Assembly (NCBI GenBank): GCA_038222225.1
Contig: JBBRHV010000001.1
Span: 13,864 to 77,863 of the forward strand
DNA length: 64,000 nt
DNA from: Candidatus Omnitrophota bacterium
GTDB taxonomy: Bacteria; Omnitrophota; Gorgyraeia; Zapsychrales; JANLHA01
Direction: 5' to 3'
The stretch's first letter is position 1; each line of letters starts with the position of its first letter. The translations under genes and the position numbers were made by a program. The notes under the pieces are model-generated. The model was not told where the DNA came from, searched no databases, and saw only the letters and a program-made list of their open reading frames with translations. Shown piece by piece: positions 1-9,100 of this stretch.

Positions 1-1
1 G

Positions 2-3000
2 GGTCGGGATGACGTGAGTGATGCGTTTAAGGTGACAGTTGATGAGGCTACGCCGGCCTATCCGGTGAAGTGGAACACGCTAGAAACGCTGCCGGACGAC
101 CGGCAGGAGGTCGATCCTGTTTCTGGTGGAACCGTTGCCGCGGCCCTTACGGCGAATTTTGTGAATCCGCTTGAAGAGCGGTTCCGTCCCCAGGATGCCA
201 GTGGTTTTTACAATCAAGATGATCAAGCCGGCCAGTTTCCTTTGTTTTATAAAATCCGGGACCAGATTGAATTGCCAATGCTTGGTCTTGTCGCGCAGCC
301 CAATTCATTAAATTGTATGTGGTGGAACCGTACTGATAGTCCTTGTACGGAAGGAATTCTTCCGGATCCGGACGAACAGTTCGTGCTTCCTTATCTTCTG
401 GGAGCGAACGTGGAATATGGGGGCGTTGTTGTTTTGGCCGATACTTTAGCGCCGTTGCTTTATGAAGACTATGCCGGAGGGAACGTTTTTAGGGATATGG
501 GCTTTTATGGCGGTCCGGACAAGGTCGGGACGATTGGTTTAGAAAGGCTGTTTGCAGATGACACGATATGTGCCGAAGTGGCAGCCAGACCGGTTCTCGG
601 GCTTTTTGTCGGTGAAACGCCAGCACAAAGTATTCAGAGTAATGCGAATTTTCCCGGATTTAAGCCGGGAACAGATTTTTATTGCTCGGAAAATTATCCC
701 TATGATGCCCATTGCCGAAAAAATGATCCGGCTGGGGGATGTGTTGAAGTAAGAACCTTTCAGAGAATCGTCGATGGCGTGACCCCAATTCAGTGGGAAA
801 CGTATAGTCAAAGTTTTCCAGTTGATTGCTCTTGCGGGGAGACGGCCACCGCGCACCCCACCAAATGGCCAGACGACATTTTGGATTCTTTTTATCGTAA
901 AATCACAGAGCTAGTGGCGTTGACCAATGAATTGAACTCACTACAGGCGCGTAAGCTTTTGACTACGACATTTGCAGATTGGTACGATAACGTAGCGGAT
1001 TGGATTGAGCCTGCGTATAATAAAGCGGCTTGTGAAGCCGCGGCTAACCCGGCGACTGACCGGTCCTGTCTGGAAACGTACACGAAAAAAGAACGATGGG
1101 GACATCTTTGGGTTTTCCGGGAAGACTTTAGGGAAATTTTTCAGATATTAGAATCTTGGCTCAACAATGTGGAAGATATCACCGATGCTGTCCCGGTTCC
1201 AATCAGCTATCAGGGGGGCAGTTGCGGGGAGGCATGGTGTCTGCCCGATCCGGACTGTGTGATGCTGAAACATTCTAGCGGGGTGGGGCAAACCAAGGAA
1301 GCGCTTGGATATGATACGCCTGTTAAAGACGGAGTCTATGACGCCAATGATGATGGTTTGGATGCTGTTATCCAATGTATGGAATGGGCCGAGACGGCGC
1401 AAGTTGAAAGCTTGACGGTTCCAGGAACCTATTTGCCGGATGTGGGCGTCCAAGGGTACTATATCGCGTGCCTCAATCATTGCGGCACCGCGTATTGTGA
1501 TAATCTGCCGAGGCCGTTTGTTCCGGACTATAAGGTGATTACAACTCGACCGATCGATGCTGATTGGAGGATGCCTTTAGCGGCCGTTGATATGGGAGGT
1601 TACCAAAAATGTCTGAGCTCGATAACAGTGGATCAGTGCATGGCTGCTACCCCCGGAGATACGACGGAGTGCGCGGATACGCCGGGGTTTGCTAATTATG
1701 ATCCGCCAGACGTGGAATATACTGATATTATCGGTCAGTGGACGCCGTGTTTAGGCCTTCCAGTGGTAGCAACGGCGTGTGATGGCGGGACGCCTTGGGC
1801 GTCACTCCTTATTACCTGTGCGACCCCTCGGGAAGACATTGATTTGTGCATGAGAAACCGTTTGAATTCCTGTGGGTGGATTGTTCCCGGAGGAGACACG
1901 AGTTTTTATGACGCCATGATCTTATCGACGGATTGTTCTCCCGGGATTGCCGGGGTTGTGCCGGAGAGTCCTTATCGTAGGTGGCTGAAAGCGAACATTG
2001 CTGTTGCTGATCCTTTAGTGGTTGTGGCGAAGCTTGCGATGCGCAAAAAGTTTTTGATTGCTGTGCGCGATGAAATCGAAGAGGCCCGCAACGGATTTAG
2101 AGAGGCGTATAACCGGCTGACAGAATTTTTAGACAATGGGACAGTCTTTGGTACAGCCATGACATTTAATCAGCCTTCGAATCCTAATCCGTGTGAGGCC
2201 GATATGGAGGCTCAGATTGTCCTTCCGGGCACCCCTACGGGATATGCCGATACGGCTGCTCCAGCCGTTCCGTCCCCGTATCGCCGTCTGGACTCGTTAT
2301 GTGATACAGTACCCTGTAAGATAAGATTTCCATATTCTAACCGTACGGAGGTGCATGGAGGGACTTCATTTACTGGCACCAATCAAGATTCTCCGTCAGA
2401 AATGTTGATCAGGGTGCGGACAATGCAACAGCAGGCGGCCGATGTGGATTATCAAGACTCCGGGCTTCCGGCGTTTGCCATTTATGTTTGGCGGGGAGAC
2501 GCGGAGACGGATCCGGATTGGATGGCTAACGGCGTAATGCATGGGGAAGGGCTTTTGCACGCGGTTAAAGTAGACGCCAGGGTACCTCGTCGCTGTAGAG
2601 GCAGATGTGACTTTTATGGCCAGGGGCCCATGGAGTGGCCGAAAATTGAAACATTCACAACCGGCTTTTTAGGCTCTACGCGCTGTTATGAGCTCCGCAA
2701 TTATTTTGGGATGACCAAAGCGCGCGTCATTCGTTTTGACCAATCACCGAACATTTCAAAGCTTAAATTGTTTAATAAAATCCCTTTTGTTCTTCCGAAT
2801 CTTTCTCATCCGGATGTGGGGACTGGACAAAATATTACGGGAGGGAATGTATTTAGAGTTGGCGGCACGCCGGGGATCTGCGAACAGTATGTCGATCCGC
2901 TTATTATACAGCCGGGGATCTGCGAACAGTATGTCGATCCGCTTATTATACAGTTGATTGCAAACAATGTCCCTCCGACGGTAGATCCGGATTTTCAAAG

Positions 3001-3265
3001 CATACAACAAGCTTTTATGATCAATTGGCCGCCGACAGGCTTGGGCCAACCATGGGGCTCATTGACTGCGGCGCAGCAAGCTGATCTAACCTGCTGGAAT
3101 TTTGTGCATGAGAACATTCTAAGGTACGGCGTGGTCAGCCATAGCTGCGCAAATTATTATTGGGGGGGACCCGGAGGCGCTGGCTATGGCCAACAGGGGA
3201 TGAGGGTTAAATTTGCGCCTTGCAATCAGACATTTATTGAAAGCGGGGATCTGGATGTCCACTAA
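2..3265 (+). CDS. Large Cys-rich Tad-locus protein (putative TadG/pilus-tip-associated), 5'-truncated by the window
   Basis: 1083-aa ORF from GTG 14; the frame is already open from base 2 (ggt cgg gat gac gtg), so the true start is probably upstream. Many Cys and Pro/Asp-rich loops suggest an extracytoplasmic protein. It lies directly upstream of pilin-tadB-tadC. The TadG-like call rests on context only. Confidence 0.6.
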   Translation, partial: GRDDVSDAFKVTVDEATPAYPVKWNTLETLPDDRQEVDPVSGGTVAAALTANFVNPLEERFRPQDASGFYNQDDQAGQFPLFYKIRDQIELPMLGLVAQPNSLNCMWWNRTDSPCTEGILPDPDEQFVLPYLLGANVEYGGVVVLADTLAPLLYEDYAGGNVFRDMGFYGGPDKVGTIGLERLFADDTICAEVAARPVLGLFVGETPAQSIQSNANFPGFKPGTDFYCSENYPYDAHCRKNDPAGGCVEVRTFQRIVDGVTPIQWETYSQSFPVDCSCGETATAHPTKWPDDILDSFYRKITELVALTNELNSLQARKLLTTTFADWYDNVADWIEPAYNKAACEAAANPATDRSCLETYTKKERWGHLWVFREDFREIFQILESWLNNVEDITDAVPVPISYQGGSCGEAWCLPDPDCVMLKHSSGVGQTKEALGYDTPVKDGVYDANDDGLDAVIQCMEWAETAQVESLTVPGTYLPDVGVQGYYIACLNHCGTAYCDNLPRPFVPDYKVITTRPIDADWRMPLAAVDMGGYQKCLSSITVDQCMAATPGDTTECADTPGFANYDPPDVEYTDIIGQWTPCLGLPVVATACDGGTPWASLLITCATPREDIDLCMRNRLNSCGWIVPGGDTSFYDAMILSTDCSPGIAGVVPESPYRRWLKANIAVADPLVVVAKLAMRKKFLIAVRDEIEEARNGFREAYNRLTEFLDNGTVFGTAMTFNQPSNPNPCEADMEAQIVLPGTPTGYADTAAPAVPSPYRRLDSLCDTVPCKIRFPYSNRTEVHGGTSFTGTNQDSPSEMLIRVRTMQQQAADVDYQDSGLPAFAIYVWRGDAETDPDWMANGVMHGEGLLHAVKVDARVPRRCRGRCDFYGQGPMEWPKIETFTTGFLGSTRCYELRNYFGMTKARVIRFDQSPNISKLKLFNKIPFVLPNLSHPDVGTGQNITGGNVFRVGGTPGICEQYVDPLIIQPGICEQYVDPLIIQLIANNVPPTVDPDFQSIQQAFMINWPPTGLGQPWGSLTAAQQADLTCWNFVHENILRYGVVSHSCANYYWGGPGGAGYGQQGMRVKFAPCNQTFIESGDLDVH
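2869..2953 (+). repeat. Perfect in-frame 42-bp tandem duplication (PGICEQYVDPLIIQ x2)
   Basis: gccggggatctgcgaacagtatgtcgatccgcttattataca at 2869-2910 and again at 2911-2952. Confidence 0.95.
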
Positions 3266-3307
3266 GAGTTTTCGAATAGCACTCTTGTTATTAGATCGAG
3301 AATTGAT

Positions 3308-3670
3308 ATGATACTATTACGGAATAAAAAAAATAAATCGCGAGGAGTAACAACCGTTGAATATTGCGCGCTGGTTGTCATGATTCTGTCTGCGTTTTGG
3401 TTTGGACTGCGCGGATACATTCAGCGCGGAATGCAGGGTCGCTGGAAGGCGGCCGGAGATGCCTTTGGGCAGGGAAGACAATTTGAGCCAAAGGGCGACG
3501 GCGCGGTTTCAAGAACAGAAGAGTGTTTTTATAGTGAAGAGGTCCACAAATGGGTTGATTTAGAATGTTTTGAAACGGATTGTGACTGCACGAAGGAAAA
3601 CGATGATGCTGATTATGCGACAACCTGTCTTGCATGTATGAACAAGCTCGCGTGTCTGTGCACTTTTTAG
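3308..3670 (+). CDS. Flp/Tad-type prepilin-like protein with Cys-rich C-terminal extension
   Basis: Basic leader, then G|VTTVEY (class III signal with E+5 and the Flp-type Y+6), a hydrophobic helix, YIQRGMQGRWKAAGD, and 8 Cys in the C-terminal ~50 aa; adjacent to tadB. Confidence 0.75.
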   Translation: MILLRNKKNKSRGVTTVEYCALVVMILSAFWFGLRGYIQRGMQGRWKAAGDAFGQGRQFEPKGDGAVSRTEECFYSEEVHKWVDLECFETDCDCTKENDDADYATTCLACMNKLACLCTF

Positions 3671-3700
3671 GATAAGGCTTATGGGGGGAGAAACCGATAG

Positions 3701-4558
3701 ATGTTTGTTTTGGCGTTATTTTTCTTTTTTACAACCTGCGTGATCGTCGGATATTGGATCTTACCTTCGGCATATCGTCAATCAATTGCTTTGAACCAAA
3801 AACGGGCGCATCAGCTGTCGTCGAAGCTCGAGAGGGTGATTCCCCGGGCGCAGATTAAGCAGGTTGTTCAGATGTATCTGCTGGCTCCGCTTTTTTTGGG
3901 GGGATTGTTTTATGCTTTTTTTCCTGAAAAAATGCAGGTTTATGGAGCGGTCATCGGAGTGGTCTTTGGTTTCATCTTCCCGTCGATCTACACACAGTTT
4001 TTAATTGCATCCAACAAACAAAAATTTGGCGACCAGTTGATCGATGTTTTGATGATCATGTCGAGCTCTTTCCGCGGGGGCTTAAGTTTAATGCAGTCCA
4101 TGGAAGCCGTTATTGACGAAATGGGAGATCCGTCCAATCAGGAGTTTTCCACCGTTTTAGGGGAAAACAAAATGGGGGTTTCTCTTGAAGAGTCCTTTGA
4201 GCATTTGTACAATCGTCAGCCGTCATCGTCGCTGCAGCAGATGGTCACGGCGATTCTTTTGGCGCGTGAAACGGGCGGGAACTTGCCGGCGATTTTTCAG
4301 CGGATTGTGGAGGTGATCCGTCAGCGCAAACGCATCCAGGGGCAGATTGAGACCTTGACGCTTCAGGGAAAGATTCAGGGCATTGTTATGGCGGCATTGC
4401 CGGTCGTGTTTTTCGCCTGGGTTTCAGGGATCAACCCGGACCATTTTAAGATCATGTATGATACGCCGGTTGGGCGCAATCTTTTGGTGGTGTCATTTCT
4501 GCTAGAAATTATCGGAGCGTTTATGATTTGGCAGATCAGCTCCTTAAAGGATTTTTAA
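3701..4558 (+). CDS. tadB: Tad pilus assembly inner-membrane platform protein TadB (T2SS F family)
   Basis: FGDQLIDVLMIMSSSFRGGLSLMQS, ETGGNLPAIF and TLQGKIQGIVMAALP motifs; TM topology; GGGGGAG RBS upstream. Confidence 0.92.
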   Translation: MFVLALFFFFTTCVIVGYWILPSAYRQSIALNQKRAHQLSSKLERVIPRAQIKQVVQMYLLAPLFLGGLFYAFFPEKMQVYGAVIGVVFGFIFPSIYTQFLIASNKQKFGDQLIDVLMIMSSSFRGGLSLMQSMEAVIDEMGDPSNQEFSTVLGENKMGVSLEESFEHLYNRQPSSSLQQMVTAILLARETGGNLPAIFQRIVEVIRQRKRIQGQIETLTLQGKIQGIVMAALPVVFFAWVSGINPDHFKIMYDTPVGRNLLVVSFLLEIIGAFMIWQISSLKDF

Positions 4559-4576
4559 TTTTATAAGAGGGGAACT

Positions 4577-5458
4577 ATGCTTTTTATTGCCGCGTTATTA
4601 TGGTTTTTGTGCGCCTTCAGTTTTGTCTTGGGGCTTTTTCCTCTGGAGATGGAGACCCGCCCGACATTGCAGGCCTTCGGCTATGAGTTGCGCCCGACGA
4701 AAAAAAGAAAAAATCCGTTAGCGATCATCCGCTTGATCGCGATGTTTAACCGGCCGTTTGTTGGGTCAGGCAAGCTGCGGGAAAAAATTCTTAAAGAACT
4801 TTCCATGGCCCATGTGAATTTAACGCCGGAGGAATTCTGGCTGTTTAAAGAAATTTCAATTGTGGCGATGCTGGTTTTTACATATCCTCTGATTGAGCCG
4901 GATTACCTGATCATGTGGCTGCTGTTATGTGTGTTTTTCGGATATATGCTGCCCGAGTATTGGCTGCGCGGAAAGATTAAAAAGGTGAAAGGCGTTATTT
5001 TGAAAGAACTTCCTGATGCCGTTGACCTTTTGGGATTGTGCGTGAACGCCGGGTTAGATTTTATGCTGGCTTTGAAGTGGGTTGTTGAAAAATCGCCGCC
5101 ATCGATCATGGTCAGTGAGATGAATATTCTGCTTCAGGAAATTAATGTTGGAAAAACCCGACGGGACGCCTTAAAAGCGCTGTCTTCCAAGTATGATTTG
5201 CCGGATCTCTCAACATTTACGCGTACTTTGATCCAGGCCGATAAAATGGGAACGTCGGTTTCCGAGGCGCTGATCATTCTTTCGGAAGACATGCGTCTGG
5301 CCCGTTACCGTCGGGGTGAACAAATGGCAATGAAGGCGCCGATGAAACTATTGGTTCCGTTGTTGTTTTTTATTTTTCCGGTGGTCGGTATTTTGGTCGG
5401 GGGTCCGATCTTCATTCAATTTATGACCGAGAATCCCATGAGTCGTATTGGTGGGTAA
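4577..5458 (+). CDS. tadC: Tad pilus assembly inner-membrane platform protein TadC (T2SS F family)
   Basis: ELPDAVDLLGLCVNAGLDF, LIQADKMGTSVSEAL and AMKAPMKLLVPLLFFIFP motifs; follows tadB; GAGGGG RBS. Confidence 0.92.
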   Translation: MLFIAALLWFLCAFSFVLGLFPLEMETRPTLQAFGYELRPTKKRKNPLAIIRLIAMFNRPFVGSGKLREKILKELSMAHVNLTPEEFWLFKEISIVAMLVFTYPLIEPDYLIMWLLLCVFFGYMLPEYWLRGKIKKVKGVILKELPDAVDLLGLCVNAGLDFMLALKWVVEKSPPSIMVSEMNILLQEINVGKTRRDALKALSSKYDLPDLSTFTRTLIQADKMGTSVSEALIILSEDMRLARYRRGEQMAMKAPMKLLVPLLFFIFPVVGILVGGPIFIQFMTENPMSRIGG

Positions 5459-5586
5459 TCATCAAAAGGAGGGGCTTCTCCGGTCTGGTGCAGTCGATGT
5501 GGCAGTATTTGGTCTGATGAGTTCTTTGTTTTACCTCCAAAAAGAAAAAAGGGCCTGGCGGATTAGCGCACTTTTGTTTTGCGCGG

Positions 5587-5616
5587 AAGGATTCTTTTGT
5601 TTCAAAAGGAATCCTT
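5587..5616 (+). terminator. Stem-loop downstream of tadC (possible terminator or RNA-stability element)
   Basis: AAGGATTCTTTTG-ttt-CAAAAGGAATCCTT: 13-bp stem with one bulge, but no strong following U-tract. Confidence 0.35.
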
Positions 5617-5920
5617 TCGGCAGAAGGCGCAATTTAAAGGTTTGCTGTTTGAGTAAAAAGGGGACCCTGTAATTAGAGAAGAGGGCTTGAGAAAAAACTG
5701 AAGTTTAAGCAAGATAATTAATGTCCAAAAAATGAAAAATGTCCAATCAGAGAGATAAAAAAAGTTTTTAATGTCCAAAGAATGTGTTAAATTCATGTGT
5801 TCCAGGGGGTTTTATTATATATAAGAAAACATTTATTTGTCCTCGAGAAAATAGTTTTCAAAAAGAACGCAACTCGCTAAAAACAAACAACTTGTTTCCA
5901 AAAAAAATCTTTGAAAAAAT

Positions 5921-5949
5921 TTGTTGCATATATTGACAGGTGGTATACT
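5921..5949 (+). promoter_or_regulatory. Sigma70-type promoter for the giant gene (extended -10)
   Basis: TTGTTG (5921-5926), 17-bp spacer, TG-n-TATACT (5941-5949), with A-tracts upstream resembling an UP element. Confidence 0.6.
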
Positions 5950-6035
5950 TTAAACACCTAGCCCGGAGGAAAGTGAGTTAAATTTAAGAAACCGCTTTAC
6001 TTAAGTATTTTGGACAATTCAAAAAAATCTTCATA

Positions 6036-6065
6036 GACCGCCTTTCCGGCGGTTTTCTTGTTTGT
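6036..6065 (+). terminator. Intrinsic terminator-like hairpin in the 5' leader of the giant gene (attenuator candidate)
   Basis: ACCGCC-tttcc-GGCGGT (6037-6053) followed by TTTCTTGTTTGT, lying between the promoter and the start codon. Confidence 0.6.
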
Positions 6066-6125
6066 AGAAATCCTTCCGGCTAAAAAACTAACGTACAATC
6101 TGGACATAAAAAAGTACCCACTTTT

Positions 6126-9100
6126 ATGAATGACAGAATGGACATAACTCCACAGGCCCTTCGTGCGGCTGCTTCTGAAGGTTCAGAGCAGGCGGAGATG
6201 CCTATGTCTGATAATGTCCAGAGTGATATATATATATCTAATCCTCAGCGGCCATTTAAAAGCCGTTTTAAGGGTTGGCTTCGTTTAGTTGCTGCTGTTG
6301 TGGTTTTTGTGTTCCTTCCTGAGCAAATCAGCTGGGCCATGAGTTACAATCCGGCGGTTTTATGGAGTGCGCAGCCGATTTCGCTGAGCGGGATGCCAAT
6401 TTCCGCACCAACCGGTCCGGCGTTAGAGCTTCAGCTTCCGCAGCAAGAAGCCTCCGAGATGCTGGCGACCAATATTCAGAGCCTTTTGAGCCGCGCGGCT
6501 CAGGAAGGTAATCGCAATTTGGAGATCCAAATTGCATCTCCCGACGAAAAAGAGTTCCGCAATATTGACGGGCTTCGTGTTTCAGCCAAAACGTCTTTAA
6601 GCCAGGAAAAGATTCAAGAGGCGGTCCGCTGGCTTCGTCAGCCGGAAATTCACCCGCTAAACTGCGGTGTTTTTGCCCTGTATGAATTCTTAAAATTAAA
6701 CAACACTCCGATCTCTCTGGAACAGGCCTCTTTATCGACGCTGTCCATTGACTTGCTTTCTGACATTGTCAAGCCGGGAGATGCGACGCTCAAGACGTCT
6801 TTGTACGCCATCGATAAAGTGGTTTCGCTTTATCAGCTGGAGTATGCGGTCATTAAGCTGGACCCCAAAGAGATCTTGAAACTGAACGCTCCTTTTATTG
6901 CGAATTTCGGAAAAGAACATTTTGTGACCGTCACGGCGCTTGATGAACAGGGCGTTCACATGCAGGACACGGGCGTCGCGCGAACGCTCTCTCAGCCGGA
7001 ATTTTTGGAAAATTTAAGCGGGTATGTTCTGATTTTAACAAAGAATATCCCGATTTCTGTTTCTTACCAAGATGTCAGTGACGTTGAAAAAGCCTTTGTT
7101 TGGGGCGACCGCTGGGTAGACCAATCCGACGAGTTGCCTGGATTATTAGGAGATGTCGGCGCAGCGTGGGCCCGCGCCGGTATGCAGGTTGCCATTTCGG
7201 TCGCTATTACGGTTGTGACCTTTGGTCTGGGATGCGCCATGGCCGTAGCGAGAGACGGCGTTCTCCTGGCCACCGAGCTTGCCAAACTCTTAATGCAGGT
7301 CATTGTTTCTGTGGCCCTGATCGGTATTTCGGAGCTGGTCAACACCATCAATCAGATTGCTGTTTTGAACGGCTGGTGGGATGAAGATGTCGGCTTCGTC
7401 ATAGGAATCGTTATCTCCACGGCCTTGTCGGTGGGGGCGGGCATGTTTGCCGGCGGCGCGGCGGGTTCCCTTGGGGCATCCGGCGCTACAGGAGCGGCGT
7501 CACAGACAGGGTCAGCCATCGGCGGCGCGGCGTTTGCCGGATTAGGCACGGGTATCTCAAATGTCCCTTTGACTTTTGCCAGAAGCTTTGCCCAAGCGCT
7601 CGTCGTTGCGATTCCCAAGGCATATCTTGCCAGGGAGCTGTATGAAATCATTGATATTGACGATCCTATTTTAAAATCAGCCGTGGTGGGGGTCTTGTCA
7701 TCCGTCGGAACCACCATTGGGTTGGTGGGGCTGAGTTTTGGCCTTGACCAAATTGGTTTAAATTCTGTTAATGGGTTTATGGGCATAAATGTCGCCGATT
7801 CTTTTACAGAATTTCTGAAAGATCTCGGTAAAAACGTGGGGCGCACCGTTGCGGCTAATGCGCTGGCGGTCGGGTTAAGATATCTCGCTTTGGAGATTGA
7901 TGATGAAACGTTTGCCGCCGACACCTTGGCGTCGCAGGCCATCGGACAAGTGGGGCAGGCCTTCGGCGGATGGATTTTTGATATGGCGGTGAGCGGATCA
8001 TTGCCGCAGCTTTTTGCCGGGGAGGTCCAGAAGGGGCAGATGTTTCAAGACCCTGGCTCTGAAAAGATGGAGGTGCAGGCGCAGGAGCTTTTTGTGACCA
8101 GGTCAGACGGAACGCCTGCTCGTCTTACCATGGAAGATCCGGGTCGATATACCTATACAGATACTGCAGGGGAGACGGTTTTTCTTAAGCCGGGGGAGGT
8201 GGTCGAGACAGTGCCATTGGAAAGAAACGACGCCGGTCAGTGGGTCCCGCAAGGGACTGCGGATAATAAGAAGGACGACAGCTCCTCTTCAAGCATGAGA
8301 ACTCCCACACAGTTTATGAATGTAAGGACCCATCAGCCGGTCCAAATCGCCGATTTCACAAAAGTTACGACACAGTATTATATAGCCGATAAAAAGGGGA
8401 TGCCGGCCTTTGTCGAGTATGATAAGGCAAGCGGGAAAATTACCATTCCCCAGAAAAGCGTTGACCAGTTGAAAGCCGATAATTTCCTGAATTTAGATGC
8501 TAACACCAAGTATTCTTTGCTCGAAGGAAAAGACAAGAATGGGAACCTGCAGCTGGGTTTAGGAAAAAGCTGGTTTTGGGGGACGCTGACGACAAAAACT
8601 TTGACGTCATTGGTGGGGGTTGCGTTGGCGTTCGGCATGGATCGTCTGGAAGATAAATTTATTGGTAAAGATGATCAGGGGCAGAAAGACAAGTTCCAAA
8701 CGCTCGGGTTTCGGCTGATGGCTTTTCTTGGAACGGCCTTATCAGCGGAAGCCACTGGAGCGCTTTCGCGTTCCATGTTTTCTGCTCCGAGTGGGACAGG
8801 TCTTAAGCCGGGTACGGATACGATCAGTCCATTTGGCGGTATTTTCATGAGGAGCGTAGAGAAGCTTGCATTAGGGATCAACGACAGCATGTTCAGAGCT
8901 AACGGCGCGATGCCGAAAGATTGGGATTGGAGTAATGGTGAAACGTTTAAGTTTGGGGGCGACGGAGTATCACGATATCGATATCAAGCAATAGATCAAA
9001 TGGTGCGTTTTTACGAAGGGGCCGGGGAAAGCGCCGGTTGGGGCTTGGATTCCTATTTTAAGATCAAAGACCTTCGTAAGCAGCTGGAAGGGGAGCAAGA

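Larger units (their letters stand above)
5721..6220. promoter_or_regulatory. Cluster of ATGTCCA/TGGACAT boxes (candidate regulator-binding sites)
   Basis: ATGTCCA at 5721, 5739, 5771 and 6214; reverse complement TGGACAT at 6101 and 6139; TGGACAA at 6011. Confidence 0.55.

Noticed and set aside
5448-5796. Short ORFs 5448..5672 (+) and 5602..5796 (-)
   Set aside because: Lie in AT-rich intergenic DNA containing hairpins; no convincing RBS or protein features
5933-5938. Perfect TTGACA as a -35 element
   Set aside because: Only 5 bp from TATACT and no good -10 at 16-18 bp spacing; the TTGTTG/extended -10 pairing fits better
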